Part shown: piece after piece, positions 28,260 through 39,096 of the stretch
Position numbering within the stretch: position 1 is the first letter of the stretch
Layout: each line of letters starts with the position of its first letter
The notes under the pieces: generated by a model
Seen by the model: the letters and a program-made list of their open reading frames with translations, nothing else
Databases searched by the model: none
Told to the model about the DNA's origin: nothing
Program-made: the position numbers and the translations under genes
Source of the DNA: Candidatus Ozemobacteraceae bacterium
GTDB taxonomy: Bacteria > Muiribacteriota > Ozemobacteria > Ozemobacterales > Ozemobacteraceae
Reading direction: 5' to 3'
DNA length: 64,000 bases
Assembly: GCA_965140445.1 (NCBI GenBank)
Contig: OZ223236.1
Coordinates: 2,880,001 to 2,944,000 of the forward strand

Positions 28260-28844
28260 CTATTCAGCTGGACTTTCAGGGGAATCATTTTCATCAGCTA
28301 TTTTAAAAAATGTAATGATTGTGCTTCCGAATTTTCTTTCGTCTAACTGTTTGAGTAGTGGTTTTTTATCAAGGCCCAGATTATCTCTTTTTTGACGCTC
28401 AATAATAAACAGGGTTTTTTTGTCAAACATATCGCAATCGGGAATAATATTCAAAATTGGTTCCAGGAGGTCTTTGAGATAGGGCGGATCAATAAAAACT
28501 ATATCAAAAGGCTTGTCGTATTTTCTGGATTTCAAAAACCTGAGACAATCCATTGTGAAAACTTCTCCGCCTTCTTTTAGCCTTGTCAGTTCCAGATTCT
28601 CAACGATGGTTTTAGTACATTCTCTTGAAGCATCTACAAAAGCGCAATAGCTTGCTCCTCTGCTGAGAGCCTCGATACCCAGATTTCCCGAACCTGCAAA
28701 TAGGTCCAGAAATCTTGAATCTTCAACGTATCCGGCTAGAATATTAAAAGTTGATCCCTTAACTTTATCCATCGCAGGGCGAGTTCCGCCTCCACCAGGC
28801 ATTTTTAAACGTCTTCCCTTGGCTTTTCCTGTGATTATTCGCAT
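28260..28844 (-). CDS. rsmD: 16S rRNA m2G966 methyltransferase RsmD
   Basis: MRIITGKAKGRRL..TRP, LDLFAGSG.LGIEALSRGA, FIDPPY. Confidence 0.95.
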   Translation of the reverse strand: MRIITGKAKGRRLKMPGGGGTRPAMDKVKGSTFNILAGYVEDSRFLDLFAGSGNLGIEALSRGASYCAFVDASRECTKTIVENLELTRLKEGGEVFTMDCLRFLKSRKYDKPFDIVFIDPPYLKDLLEPILNIIPDCDMFDKKTLFIIERQKRDNLGLDKKPLLKQLDERKFGSTIITFFKIADENDSPESPAE

Positions 28845-28850
28845 TTTGTA

Positions 28851-30926
28851 TCAGCCACCTTCCATAAATGTAAGATATGAGTCCCCGAAACTTTCCTGCA
28901 TTCTTTTCATAAACCAATCTCTAACAGTTTCGGATTCTTTTGTTAAAATTTCATAGGCTCTTTGCCTTGAGTTTTCTACCATTTTAAGGGGTATTCTATG
29001 TGAAAAGCAGGGGTGTGACAAGCCGCTTTGTCTTGTTCCCGTTAAATCGCCCGGGCCTCTCAAACGTAGATCCTCTGCAGAAAGCTCAAAGCCATCATTG
29101 ATTGATGTGAGCAATGATAGCCTTTCGGGGGTGTCTTCTTGATGAGTTACCAGAAGACATTTTGATTTCAGACCGCCGCGACCAACTCTGCCTCGTAGCT
29201 GATGAAGCTGAGACAAGCCAAATCGGTCTGCATTCTCAATAATAATTAAAGTTGCATCGGGAGTATCTACGCCAACCTCAATTACAGTAGTTGAAATTAA
29301 CATATCAAGATTGCCGTTTTTAAAATCGTTCATGATGCGTTCTTTGTCATCCCACTTTACTTGTCCGGTCAGGACTTCAAAATTAGCGTCCGGAACAGCA
29401 TCAAGTATTCTGTCTGCAGCTTCTTCTACTGAAGTCCAGTTCATTTTTTCAGAACTTTCTATCAGCGGGCAAACGAGGTAAACTTTTTGCTTTTTATTGA
29501 TAGTCTGCAAAATTTCGGCATTCACATCTCTCCATGAGCTTGTGATATAGGTTTCGACTGGCAAGCGGCCGGGTGGAAGCTCATCAATAATGCTTACATC
29601 CATATCCCCAAAGATTGTTAAGGAAAGGGTTCTCGGGATTGGGGTGGCAGAAAGGAGTAACTGGTTTGGATTCTTGCCTTTGCGAAACAGGAGTTTTCGA
29701 TGTCCTACACCAAAACGTTGCTGCTCATCAATGATACAGTAATCAAGATTTTTAAAAGAGACATGCTCCTGAAAAAGTGCGTGCGTGCCAAAGATATATT
29801 GATATTGGCCAGATTCAATTCCTGCAAGGATTGCCTTTTTCTCTTTCGCTTTTTGACTACCTGTAAGGATCGTGGCTTTGTGGCAATGTTCAGGAAAGAA
29901 TTTGGCAAAGTTCTGGAGGTGCTGTCGGGCAAGAATCTCTGTGGGAGCCATAAAAGCACATTGAGCATGGGTTTGACAGTAGAGAACCATTGAGATGAAT
30001 GCAACCAGGGTTTTACCCGAGCCAACATCGCCTTGTAAAAGACGGTTCATGGGAGGTTTTTCATCTGAAGACGAGGAAAGGTCAGAAACTATTTCGCCCA
30101 AAGCTTGTTTTTGTGCATTAGTAAGCTCGAAGGGAAGCTTAAAAGGTGAGGGCAGGGGAGCCGCTTTGTTAGAGTCCGGGAGTGATAAAAAGCCGGTAAG
30201 ATTTTCTCTGCGCTTTAAAACTCCAATTTGAAACAACACCTGGTCAAAGAATGCCATAGTAAAGCTGGCTTTCCTTGCTTCTTCCTGATTAATTGGCTGA
30301 TGAATTGTTTTTAAAGCCCAGCCAATTTTATGGAAAATGTCTGATTGTGCTGATTTGGGAAAAGAGCTTTCCCAGGAAATATTTTCAAGAATTGTTCTGA
30401 TCAACTTGCGCAAAGAATTGGGGGAAATGCTGGCTTCGGAAAGCGCTTTATAAGAACCATAGACCGGTGTTAGATTTTTGCTTTCGCTTTTATTGGTGAC
30501 TTCGAAAACTTCCACGTCCGGGTTTTCAAGGGTTATTTTCCCTTTAATGATTGAAGCGGCTCCATATAAAAAGTAACTTTTTCCTGGTATCAGCTGCTTA
30601 GTCAGGTATGTTTTATTGAACCAGCGGGCTTGTACACGATTTGTGGAATCGAAAAACTCAGCACTGATTATTGCCAGTCCTTTTCTTGCATATACGGAAG
30701 AAATTTTTTCTAGTTGGGCTTTAAAAATTCCTTGTTTCTCTTTTGACGGTGTTAAAAAAGAAAGAGGGCGAATCTGGGTTCGATCTTCATACCTTAAGGG
30801 CAAAATTCTCAATAGATCTAACACTATTGAAATATTAGAACTTTTGAGGGCAGCGAACTTTTTAGGACCAATTCCCTTTACTTCACTTAGCGATGAATAA
30901 AGGGAAAGCTTATTTTTTAAAGGCAT
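28851..30926 (-). CDS. recG: ATP-dependent DNA helicase RecG
   Basis: MNRLLQGDVGSGKT, APTEILARQH, IDEQQRFG, SATPIPRTL, QLHQLRGRVGRG, DLRLRGPG. Confidence 0.96.
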   Translation of the reverse strand: MPLKNKLSLYSSLSEVKGIGPKKFAALKSSNISIVLDLLRILPLRYEDRTQIRPLSFLTPSKEKQGIFKAQLEKISSVYARKGLAIISAEFFDSTNRVQARWFNKTYLTKQLIPGKSYFLYGAASIIKGKITLENPDVEVFEVTNKSESKNLTPVYGSYKALSEASISPNSLRKLIRTILENISWESSFPKSAQSDIFHKIGWALKTIHQPINQEEARKASFTMAFFDQVLFQIGVLKRRENLTGFLSLPDSNKAAPLPSPFKLPFELTNAQKQALGEIVSDLSSSSDEKPPMNRLLQGDVGSGKTLVAFISMVLYCQTHAQCAFMAPTEILARQHLQNFAKFFPEHCHKATILTGSQKAKEKKAILAGIESGQYQYIFGTHALFQEHVSFKNLDYCIIDEQQRFGVGHRKLLFRKGKNPNQLLLSATPIPRTLSLTIFGDMDVSIIDELPPGRLPVETYITSSWRDVNAEILQTINKKQKVYLVCPLIESSEKMNWTSVEEAADRILDAVPDANFEVLTGQVKWDDKERIMNDFKNGNLDMLISTTVIEVGVDTPDATLIIIENADRFGLSQLHQLRGRVGRGGLKSKCLLVTHQEDTPERLSLLTSINDGFELSAEDLRLRGPGDLTGTRQSGLSHPCFSHRIPLKMVENSRQRAYEILTKESETVRDWFMKRMQESFGDSYLTFMEGG

Positions 30927-30943
30927 TATTTTTTGAGCTTATA

Positions 30944-31129
30944 TTATTCTTTGTAAAAATAAAGTTGTTTCATGACCATGTAGTCTTCATTCATATAAGC
31001 CAGGTCCCAACCGTTTCTTCCTGCTTCGTCAAGTAAATCACCAAGTTTTTCCAGAAAATCCGGGCCTTTAAGAGGCTGAAGCGAAAGCGTTTTATAGTTC
31101 CATCTATGAGAAGATTTTTCCAGACTCAT
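30944..31129 (-). CDS. Small DUF4177-like protein
   Basis: RWNYKT...LDEAGRNGWDL motif; AGGAG SD. Confidence 0.7.
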   Translation of the reverse strand: MSLEKSSHRWNYKTLSLQPLKGPDFLEKLGDLLDEAGRNGWDLAYMNEDYMVMKQLYFYKE

Positions 31130-31150
31130 TTTATTACTCCTGTTTTATAA

Positions 31151-33571
31151 TTACTCTTGAATTGTAGATTTAATGTAAAGATAGCCTTTTAACATTTGCT
31201 TGAGTGAATTTTCCGGGTGTGGTGATTGAGTGCATGCTTTTAAGGTTAAATCCATTGCGCTAAAAGCTTTTGCGGGCTGTCCGGTAAAATGAAAGCAATA
31301 AGATAAAAGCAGGTTAGATTCGACATCTAATGGAGAAAGATCTATCGCTTTGGTTAAAACTTCTACAGCTTGGTCGAATTCTTTGAGCTGAATATGTAAA
31401 ACGGCAAGTTTCTGATAAATAACCGGGTTGCGGGGTGATAATTCAATTGCTTTAGTAAGAAGCTTAATGCTCTCACTGGCTTTTCCCGCATTTTGATAGA
31501 TCTGGCCAAGAATGAGATAAGCCCCAAGAATTTTTGGATAAAGAGACAGTGCTTTCAGTAGGTGAGAGACCGCCCCTTCGTTTTTCTTGGCATAAAAGAA
31601 AATTGTTCCGAGATTGTAATGGGCTTTAACCAGATTTGGATTTATTTCAAGAGCTTCTTGATAATATTCGGCGGCAGAGCCAAATTGCTTTTGCAGGAAA
31701 TAGAGATTTGCTATTCCCATTATTGCCTTAAGGTGGTCTGGTTTCTTTTCAAGAATTTCTTTAAAAGTTTTTTCTGCAGTAGAAAGCTCTTTGGCCATGA
31801 TTGCATCATTGGCATATTTTAACTCATCTTCGAAGCTGTGATCCGGCTTCACAGGTTGTGAAACTGGTTCTTCTGTTTTATTTTCTTCTATGGAAGGTTG
31901 TGGGTGAGATGGTTTTACTAATTGTTCTTTTTCTTCAGTTTGATCTGGTGCTGCAGAAGGAGATTCAGCTGTAGGTGCAGGTTCTCCCTGGCTTTCGTTT
32001 GTCGTTGTTTCCGGCTCTGAAGCTATGACTTTTGCTGGTGCAGAAGATTCTGTGCCAACATAAGAGCTTTGAATAGCTGCTTTCATTTCTTCAGGGTTAT
32101 CTACCAGCTCTGCAACAAGCTTGTTGGATATTGCGCGGCTATTTTCGTTCTTACTTAATTCGTCTCCGATTTCACCAAGAACAAAAGTCGCAGATTTTAC
32201 GTATCCTTCATTGCTGGAATTGAATAGGTTACGCAGATCAGCTAGCACTTCGTAGTCGCCCCAGACCCAAAGTCTTTTTATGGCAGTGCTTTTTACTCGA
32301 TTGTCTTCGTGGGCAAGAAGCTCTCTAAACCTTTCAATTAGGCCACTGTTTGGTCCTCCAGAAAGTTCTGAGATAGCTTCAATTGAGTTTGAAACGACAC
32401 GAGGGTCTTCACTTTCAAGGAAAGGCATTATTAAATCAAGAACGCCTTTTTGGCCTGTGCTGCCAAGGCTTGATATAAGTGTTGCCTGAACAATAAAATT
32501 TTCTTCTTCCTGTAGCTTGGCGGAAAGTAATTCTACGGCTTTATCTGGTGCACATCTTGCTATGGCAAGAGCGGCTTCAACTCTTACATCGAAATTAGGA
32601 TCATTCAGTAGTGGCTTAAGATGAGGAAGTGCTTCCTTGTATTCAATTTTTCTTAAGGCGTTGGTAGCATTTCTTCTTACATCCGGATCTTCATCTTTTA
32701 GGGCTTTAGCCAGCTCACGAATGAAGCGAGAGTCTTTAATCTCACCAATAGCATAGGCAGCAGAGGCCCTATACCATTTATCCTGATGCTGAATCATCTG
32801 CTTAAGCGTTTCTGAAACATCAAAATCGCCGTATTTCCAGATCGCTTTGGCAACGTTAGCTCTGACGCGGTTACTTGGATCTTCAAGGTAAGGCTGGATT
32901 ATTCCTACTATTGAACCGGACTTAAGGCTTTCGATAGCTTCAATAGCGTTGGCGCGAACTCTTGGATCCTCATCTCGAAGGGCTCCCTGAAAAACAGGCA
33001 GCAAACGATCTGAAGGCATCATTCCCAAAGACATAATAATCGAGGCGCGAATACGTGGGCTTTTTTCCTGCGCTAAAAGTCTTTTTAAAAGAGAAATAGA
33101 AAGCCTGTTCTGGATTTTTCCCAGTGCGATAATGGCTGAAATAATCGCTTCTTCTTCGAAGAAAATCTGTGCTGTAGGCGCTTGAGCATCTTCTGATTCC
33201 GGGCTGACTATGCTTGAGTCAGTGTAATCATTTAGAGCTTCCATCAAAATATTGAAAGCTTCCTGGTTTTCCATCATTCCAAGGGCTTGGGCTGCGTTAA
33301 ATCTGACTTCTTGCTGCGAATCATTCAATGCACTGACCAAAAGGGAAATAGCTTTTGAGCTATCAATATTGCCAAGGGCCAGGGCCATAAAATCCTGAAT
33401 GTTGTCGCTTTCATATGTTTCCAGAAGGAAATCTGTTGCTTTTTCACCCTTAAATTTGGAAAGAGCAATTGCTGATTCTCGTCTTTGCTCGTAGTCTGCA
33501 TTGAGAAAATTGTGTATAAGTCTCGCCAATAGGGGTTTAAGATTTGTCGTTAAAGTTGAAAGTTCCTGCAT
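31151..33571 (-). CDS. HEAT-repeat plus C-terminal TPR protein
   Basis: Many LxDxxxxVRxxAA repeats (DEDPRVRANAIEA); Pro/Glu linker; about 5 TPRs. Confidence 0.9.
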   Translation of the reverse strand: MQELSTLTTNLKPLLARLIHNFLNADYEQRRESAIALSKFKGEKATDFLLETYESDNIQDFMALALGNIDSSKAISLLVSALNDSQQEVRFNAAQALGMMENQEAFNILMEALNDYTDSSIVSPESEDAQAPTAQIFFEEEAIISAIIALGKIQNRLSISLLKRLLAQEKSPRIRASIIMSLGMMPSDRLLPVFQGALRDEDPRVRANAIEAIESLKSGSIVGIIQPYLEDPSNRVRANVAKAIWKYGDFDVSETLKQMIQHQDKWYRASAAYAIGEIKDSRFIRELAKALKDEDPDVRRNATNALRKIEYKEALPHLKPLLNDPNFDVRVEAALAIARCAPDKAVELLSAKLQEEENFIVQATLISSLGSTGQKGVLDLIMPFLESEDPRVVSNSIEAISELSGGPNSGLIERFRELLAHEDNRVKSTAIKRLWVWGDYEVLADLRNLFNSSNEGYVKSATFVLGEIGDELSKNENSRAISNKLVAELVDNPEEMKAAIQSSYVGTESSAPAKVIASEPETTTNESQGEPAPTAESPSAAPDQTEEKEQLVKPSHPQPSIEENKTEEPVSQPVKPDHSFEDELKYANDAIMAKELSTAEKTFKEILEKKPDHLKAIMGIANLYFLQKQFGSAAEYYQEALEINPNLVKAHYNLGTIFFYAKKNEGAVSHLLKALSLYPKILGAYLILGQIYQNAGKASESIKLLTKAIELSPRNPVIYQKLAVLHIQLKEFDQAVEVLTKAIDLSPLDVESNLLLSYCFHFTGQPAKAFSAMDLTLKACTQSPHPENSLKQMLKGYLYIKSTIQE

Positions 33572-33674
33572 TTTCAGCCTCTGTTTAATCTCTGATTGTA
33601 TACAATTGATACTAACAGAAATTAGTTAAATTTTAAAATAATGATTCGTTCAATGTGAAAATACTGTTCTTTAA

Positions 33675-33683
33675 TGCTATACT
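33675..33683 (+). promoter_or_regulatory. Extended -10 promoter of the pilT cluster, near-leaderless
   Basis: TGCTATACT 9 nt before ATG 33693; no SD. Confidence 0.5.
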
Positions 33684-33692
33684 TTACATACT

Positions 33693-34763
33693 ATGGCGGA
33701 TGAAAGAAGTCTTTACGAATTATTAAAATACACTTTTGAGCAAAAAGGATCCGACCTTCACCTGAAAGTTGGGCGAAAGCCTGCTATCAGAGTCGATGGT
33801 AATATAAAAATCGTGGAGGGTTTTCGTTTTAATAAACATGACTTTCAACGGATTCTCGAAGTTCTTTTAACCAGTGAACAGGAAGAGCAGTTCCTGCAGA
33901 AGCATGAGCTGGACTTTGCCTACACCCTTGAAGGGGTTTGTCGTTTCAGGGTTAATATTTACCATGATTTAAATGGTGCCGGTGCTGTTTTCAGGGTTAT
34001 TCCATATCGTGTAATGGGATTTGATGAAATTGGTCTTCCGGAAGCAGCTAAAAAGCTTATTGAGCAGCCAAATGGTTTGATTCTTATAACCGGTCCAACC
34101 GGCGCGGGAAAAACTTCAACAATGGCCAGTTACCTGAATTATGTTAACCAGAATGCATGCCGTCATGTTGTAACCATTGAAGATCCAATAGAATATCAGT
34201 TTGAAGATCAAAAAAGTTTTTTCAACCAACGACAGGTGGGGGTTGATTGTCTGGGTTTTTATGAAGGGCTTTTGACCGTTCTTCGCCAGGACCCCGACAT
34301 TGTTGTTGTAGGCGAAATGCGTGAGCCTGAAACTATTGCCCTCACATTAAATGCCGCTGAAACAGGAAAGCTTGTTATCGCTACACTGCACACCAGCTCC
34401 GCCGTTTCCACCGCAGAAAGAATTGTAAATGTTTTCCCTGAAAGCCGTCATCATCAGGTTTTGTTACAGCTTTCAATGGTTTTAAGAGGTGTGGTTTCTC
34501 AAACATTGCTACCTAAAGTTGATGGTGGCCGAGTTGCTGCTTTTGAGGTGTTGCTTAATACTTCTGCCGTGCGTGCACTTATTGCCGAGGGCAAAATTCA
34601 CATGATTCCATCATACCTTGAAACTGGCACAGAATTAGGTATGACCACCATGGAAATGTCTCTGGCAAAATTGATCAGAGAAGGTCTTGTCAGCAAGGAA
34701 GATGCAATGCTGGCCGCTCCAAATTCAGCCGAGCTTAAAAAGCTTCTGATGGTGGGGAGGTAG
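33693..34763 (+). CDS. pilT: Type IV pilus retraction ATPase PilT (paralogue 1)
   Basis: SDLHL, GPTGAGKT, TIEDPIEY, DPDIVVVGEMR, TLHT, AVRALIAE, GMTT. Confidence 0.92.
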   Translation: MADERSLYELLKYTFEQKGSDLHLKVGRKPAIRVDGNIKIVEGFRFNKHDFQRILEVLLTSEQEEQFLQKHELDFAYTLEGVCRFRVNIYHDLNGAGAVFRVIPYRVMGFDEIGLPEAAKKLIEQPNGLILITGPTGAGKTSTMASYLNYVNQNACRHVVTIEDPIEYQFEDQKSFFNQRQVGVDCLGFYEGLLTVLRQDPDIVVVGEMREPETIALTLNAAETGKLVIATLHTSSAVSTAERIVNVFPESRHHQVLLQLSMVLRGVVSQTLLPKVDGGRVAAFEVLLNTSAVRALIAEGKIHMIPSYLETGTELGMTTMEMSLAKLIREGLVSKEDAMLAAPNSAELKKLLMVGR

Positions 34764-34766
34764 AAT

Positions 34767-35813
34767 ATGAGCACAAAACTGCGAATTCACAAATATTTCC
34801 AGATTGCAATAGATCGCAATGCATCGGATTTACATTTAAAAGCAGGTAGTCCGCCAATTATCAGGGTTGGAGGCAGATTAATCGTTTTGCCTGCCGAGCC
34901 TTTGTCGCATCAGGAAATGCCTAATCTCTTTTTACCCTTAATGGAAGTTCAGAGTCAGGAAGACCTTAAAAGAGGCCTGGAAGCTAACTTTATGGCAAAA
35001 TACCTGAATCGCTGGAGAATCAGGGCATGTATTTTCCGCCAACGAGGATGTTTATCTGGAGCATTCAGATTTATTCCTAATTCTTCGCCTTCAATTGATG
35101 GACTGAAACTGCCTTCTCTGCTTAAAGAAATTGCCACCAAGCCGCGTGGACTTTTTCTGGTTACGGGTCCAGCTAACTCTGGGAAGACCCATACTTTAGC
35201 AGCTATAATCAATGAGATTAATAAGCTTAAAGCTAAACATATCATCACCATTGAAGATCCAATTGAATTTGTACATCGTCCCAAGAAGTCTATTTTCACG
35301 CAAAGGGAAATAAATATTACGACGAACGATTATCATTCAGCATTAATGAATGCCTTGCGTGAAGATCCAGATGTAATGCTGGTGGGCGAAATGCGTGATA
35401 CTGATACAATTGAAATGGTTTTGACCGCTGCAGAAACCGGGCATCTGGTTTTTTCGACATTGCATACAGTTGGTGCAGTACAAACGGTAGACAGAATAAT
35501 TAACGTATTTCCCGGGCACAGGCATGACGAAATCAGAACTCAACTTTCAATGTCTTTGATTGGTATGATTTCCCAAATTTTGTTACCCAGTTTGCATAAG
35601 AAAGAGCGTGTAATGGCTTATGAGCTTATGATTCTGAATTCTGCCATGAGAAATCTAATTAGAGAGAAAAAGACAAATCAGCTTAAATCAGCTTTAATGC
35701 TATCAAGAAAAGAAGGCAGCAAGACCTTAAAAGACTGCCTGACCGAGCTGATTAGAGATGAAAGAGTAGATCCAAAGCTGATTGCAAACTTGATGAAGGA
35801 GATTGTTGAATGA
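34767..35813 (+). CDS. pilT: PilT/PilU family ATPase (paralogue 2)
   Basis: ASDLHL, GPANSGKT, TIEDPIEF, DPDVMLVGEMRD, GHLVFSTLHT, AMRNLIRE. Confidence 0.9.
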   Translation: MSTKLRIHKYFQIAIDRNASDLHLKAGSPPIIRVGGRLIVLPAEPLSHQEMPNLFLPLMEVQSQEDLKRGLEANFMAKYLNRWRIRACIFRQRGCLSGAFRFIPNSSPSIDGLKLPSLLKEIATKPRGLFLVTGPANSGKTHTLAAIINEINKLKAKHIITIEDPIEFVHRPKKSIFTQREINITTNDYHSALMNALREDPDVMLVGEMRDTDTIEMVLTAAETGHLVFSTLHTVGAVQTVDRIINVFPGHRHDEIRTQLSMSLIGMISQILLPSLHKKERVMAYELMILNSAMRNLIREKKTNQLKSALMLSRKEGSKTLKDCLTELIRDERVDPKLIANLMKEIVE

Positions 35814-37969
35814 TTGATATCCATGAAATTGAATCATTCAGATACATAAAAGCTGCCAGACGTTTAATCAGACCCGGAACTGAAATTCTGGAGGGACTGA
35901 CCGGCGAAGATACTGGTGATGAACTGCGCTTTGAAAGCCTTATTGGGCTTGGTAAAATAGGTGATCCAGCATCGTTAAACCTTTTACAAAAAGAATTTGA
36001 AGCGTTGCCGGATTGTGCAGAACCAATATCAGCTTTAGGTTATTTTAAAAGCAGCACCCCAGTACAGAAGCTTATAGACCGCCTTGAAGATCCGGATTCT
36101 CTTTTTAAGGAAGAAATCGTTCGGGTGCTTGGCGAAATCGGCGATCCAATGGCCACCCGCAACATGAAAGAACTATTGCACGATGAAGATCGAATGGTTC
36201 GCTATTATGCGGCATGGGCTCTTTATAAGACTGGCGGACGTGACGTTGTTCAAAGTTTGTGTGGTTTGTTAAACGATCCCGATGAATGGATTGTAATCAA
36301 TGTCCTGGATATTTTGTCACAGTTGGGCGATCCGGAAGCTATTCCCGCTCTGGTTGGGCAATTTGAAGTGGCCAGAGATTCCAGATTAAAAGCCATCATT
36401 ATTTCATCTCTTGGCAACTTTAGAGAAGGCCGGCTTTTAAAAACTTTTGAGGAAGGGTTGTCTTCATTTGACCCCAGAATTCAGGCTAATGCCGTTGAAG
36501 CAATTTCTTTGCTAAAGATTTCCGGCCTTGAAATGAAGAGAAAACTTAAAAAGTTCTACGGTCACCCTAATAACAGGGTTAGAGCAAATTTGTGTATAGC
36601 ACTTTTTGCTGCAGACCAGGAGAAGGTTACCGAAGAAATTCTGGCTATGGTAAAGAGCCGGGACGCATCAACCAGGCGCTCAGCTGCCTTTGTTCTTTCC
36701 AGAGTTGAAATGGAAAATAGAGGCGAGTACATTCATCGTTTGCTGAAGGATGATAACTTTGGCGTTAGAAAAATGGCTCTTACATCGGCTTTGGAGCTAG
36801 AGTCCGCCTTAAGCCTTCAAGAAATTCAGCCCCTTTTAAAAGACGAAAATCCATGGGTCAGGAAACAGGCCGTAGAATGTGCCCGAAAAATCGAATCATT
36901 TCCAAGCCAGGCTGTTGTTGAGCTTTTTAAGCAGGAAGACAATGCAGCTGTAGTGGAAAGTATTCTTGAGTATTTTATCTCCAGAAATCTCTCAGAAGCG
37001 ATTCCTATGATCTTTGATCGTATAAAAACTGAACCTGAAGAGGAACTTCCGTGGCTAATTTCGGCACTGGGCCATCTTGGTGCTGTTGAAGAACTTGGAA
37101 AGGTTAAAAAGTTTTTGAGCGCGGTGCGTTCTGAGGTTCTGACAGAATATTACAGGGCGCTTCTGCAAAACGGTGATTTATCAATTCTGGATGAAGTTAA
37201 TGAAGCTCTTTCAGGTAAAAAACGTGAGCAGGATCTGGTTCAGTGGACTATAATCGCTGGCGAACTAGGGCTGTTTTTCAGAAATACTGATAAGTTTTCA
37301 ACAAAATTAATGCAAAGTCTCGCAATAGAAGTAGAAAAAGATATGGCCGGAATTGCTGGCTTTGAGCCTGTTTCAACTGTTGTGCCAAATGTTCAGGATT
37401 TTGGAAAAATCCAGGAGTTGCTGGAACAGAGAGATTACGGAAAAGCTAGACCAGAACTTGAGAACTTCCTGAAAAATTTCCCGGATCATGATGAAGCTTC
37501 TTATGGTCTGGCAAATTGCATGTATCAATCGGGTGAGACTGATGCGGCAGTAGCAATTTTAGAAAGATTGTTCAGCCGAAATCCTTCTTACCTTGATGCT
37601 TCAGTTTTATTGGGACAGATTTTCTTCAGAAGAAAAGACTGGGCCAAGCTGGCTGGATGTTATGAAAAACTTAGCTCTTTTGTTTCGTCAACAGATAAAA
37701 GAAACGTTATAAGAGTGTATGGCGCTCTCGGGCTTGCATATTTCCATCAAAAAAGATTTTCCGAGGCAATAGAAGCTCTTGGAGCTGGTTTGAAAGCAAA
37801 CCCTCGGGATCTATCATCTTCTTACCATCTTGCTCTATGTCATTACGCCATGGGAAATACATCAACGGCCAGGGAAATACTTGAAGGGCTTCGAAAAATC
37901 CTTCCACCAGACAGTCAGGTATTGAAAAATGTATTGGAACTTCTGCAGAGAATAGAAGTTACAGTTTAA
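35810..37969 (+). CDS. HEAT-repeat plus C-terminal TPR protein
   Basis: HEAT repeats (DPRIQANAVEA, NNRVRAN) and TPRs; ATGA overlap with PilT paralogue 2. Confidence 0.9.
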   Translation: MIDIHEIESFRYIKAARRLIRPGTEILEGLTGEDTGDELRFESLIGLGKIGDPASLNLLQKEFEALPDCAEPISALGYFKSSTPVQKLIDRLEDPDSLFKEEIVRVLGEIGDPMATRNMKELLHDEDRMVRYYAAWALYKTGGRDVVQSLCGLLNDPDEWIVINVLDILSQLGDPEAIPALVGQFEVARDSRLKAIIISSLGNFREGRLLKTFEEGLSSFDPRIQANAVEAISLLKISGLEMKRKLKKFYGHPNNRVRANLCIALFAADQEKVTEEILAMVKSRDASTRRSAAFVLSRVEMENRGEYIHRLLKDDNFGVRKMALTSALELESALSLQEIQPLLKDENPWVRKQAVECARKIESFPSQAVVELFKQEDNAAVVESILEYFISRNLSEAIPMIFDRIKTEPEEELPWLISALGHLGAVEELGKVKKFLSAVRSEVLTEYYRALLQNGDLSILDEVNEALSGKKREQDLVQWTIIAGELGLFFRNTDKFSTKLMQSLAIEVEKDMAGIAGFEPVSTVVPNVQDFGKIQELLEQRDYGKARPELENFLKNFPDHDEASYGLANCMYQSGETDAAVAILERLFSRNPSYLDASVLLGQIFFRRKDWAKLAGCYEKLSSFVSSTDKRNVIRVYGALGLAYFHQKRFSEAIEALGAGLKANPRDLSSSYHLALCHYAMGNTSTAREILEGLRKILPPDSQVLKNVLELLQRIEVTV

Positions 37970-38027
37970 CGTTCAAAATAAGGTGAAAACTGCCGATTTA
38001 GTGGAAAATTGAAATGAGGAATTTGTG

Positions 38028-39080
38028 ATGAACGGATTAGTAAAGGTTTGCCAACTGGTTAAGGAAAAGGGTGGATCAGACATACACCTTTATCCGGAAC
38101 AACCGATTTATTACAGGCTTCATGGGCGCATTGAGAAAATCGAAAGCATGATTTTCACAGAGGATCAGATTAAAAAGATTATCCTTGAAACCAGCAGCCC
38201 AAAGGCCAGGGAAATCCTTGGTCGACAACGCCAGGTCACTTACGCAGAGGAAGTCGCTAACGTAGGAAGATTGCGATTTTCTGTGTTTTTTGACAAGGGA
38301 AAATTTGCTATTTCGCTTAGAATTCTTTCTGATAAATTCCTGGATTTAAAAGATCTTGGATTTAATGAAGGAATCCGTAAAATTCTGTCTCAGCCTTCGG
38401 GATTAGTTCTGGTTGGTAGCCCGTCCGGTGAGGGAAAAACTACTACTATTGCAGCCATTTTGAACTTTATTAACAAGCATTTTGAAAAAAGCATAGTGAC
38501 CATAGAAAATCCGGTTGAAATTACCTTTAAAGATGATAAATCTGCGTTTATTCAAAGAAGTATTCCTGTTGATATCTCAAATTTCTATTTCGGTCTCTGT
38601 GAGGCATATAGACTTGATCCAGACGTTGTAGTTTCCGATTCAATTAATTATCCTGACGCTATGGATCAGGCATTGACCTTATGTGAATCTGGTGCAATGG
38701 TTATTGCTGCAACTGATGGTGGCGATTGCCAGCAAATAATTGAAAGAATTATTAATTCCAGAAAGCTTGAAGAAAGGCCCGCTCTTAGAATGAAACTGGC
38801 CAATCAGTTAAAAATGATAATTAGCCAAAGGCTGGTCCCACCAATTGAGGGTGGAAAAAGAATTGGTATATTTGATGTTGTCGTAAATACCCCGCAAATG
38901 AAGACACTCATAAAAAACAATAACATGAGTATGTTCAGGGCTTTACAGGGACAGGGCGAAATTGCTGGAATGAAGACTTTTGATTCTCAGCTGACAAATC
39001 TGGTAAGAAAAAGACAGATAGACCACGCAGTAGGAATTGATTTTGCAATTGATAAAAATCGATTCTCAAGCGAATTGTGA
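38028..39080 (+). CDS. Degenerate PilT-family ATPase (paralogue 3)
   Basis: SDIHL, SPSGEGKT, TIENPVE, Walker B DPDVVVSDSI (no Glu), His-box GAMVIAATDG, GMKTFD. Confidence 0.85.
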   Translation: MNGLVKVCQLVKEKGGSDIHLYPEQPIYYRLHGRIEKIESMIFTEDQIKKIILETSSPKAREILGRQRQVTYAEEVANVGRLRFSVFFDKGKFAISLRILSDKFLDLKDLGFNEGIRKILSQPSGLVLVGSPSGEGKTTTIAAILNFINKHFEKSIVTIENPVEITFKDDKSAFIQRSIPVDISNFYFGLCEAYRLDPDVVVSDSINYPDAMDQALTLCESGAMVIAATDGGDCQQIIERIINSRKLEERPALRMKLANQLKMIISQRLVPPIEGGKRIGIFDVVVNTPQMKTLIKNNNMSMFRALQGQGEIAGMKTFDSQLTNLVRKRQIDHAVGIDFAIDKNRFSSEL

Positions 39081-39096
39081 GCAGGGAGGCCTGAAT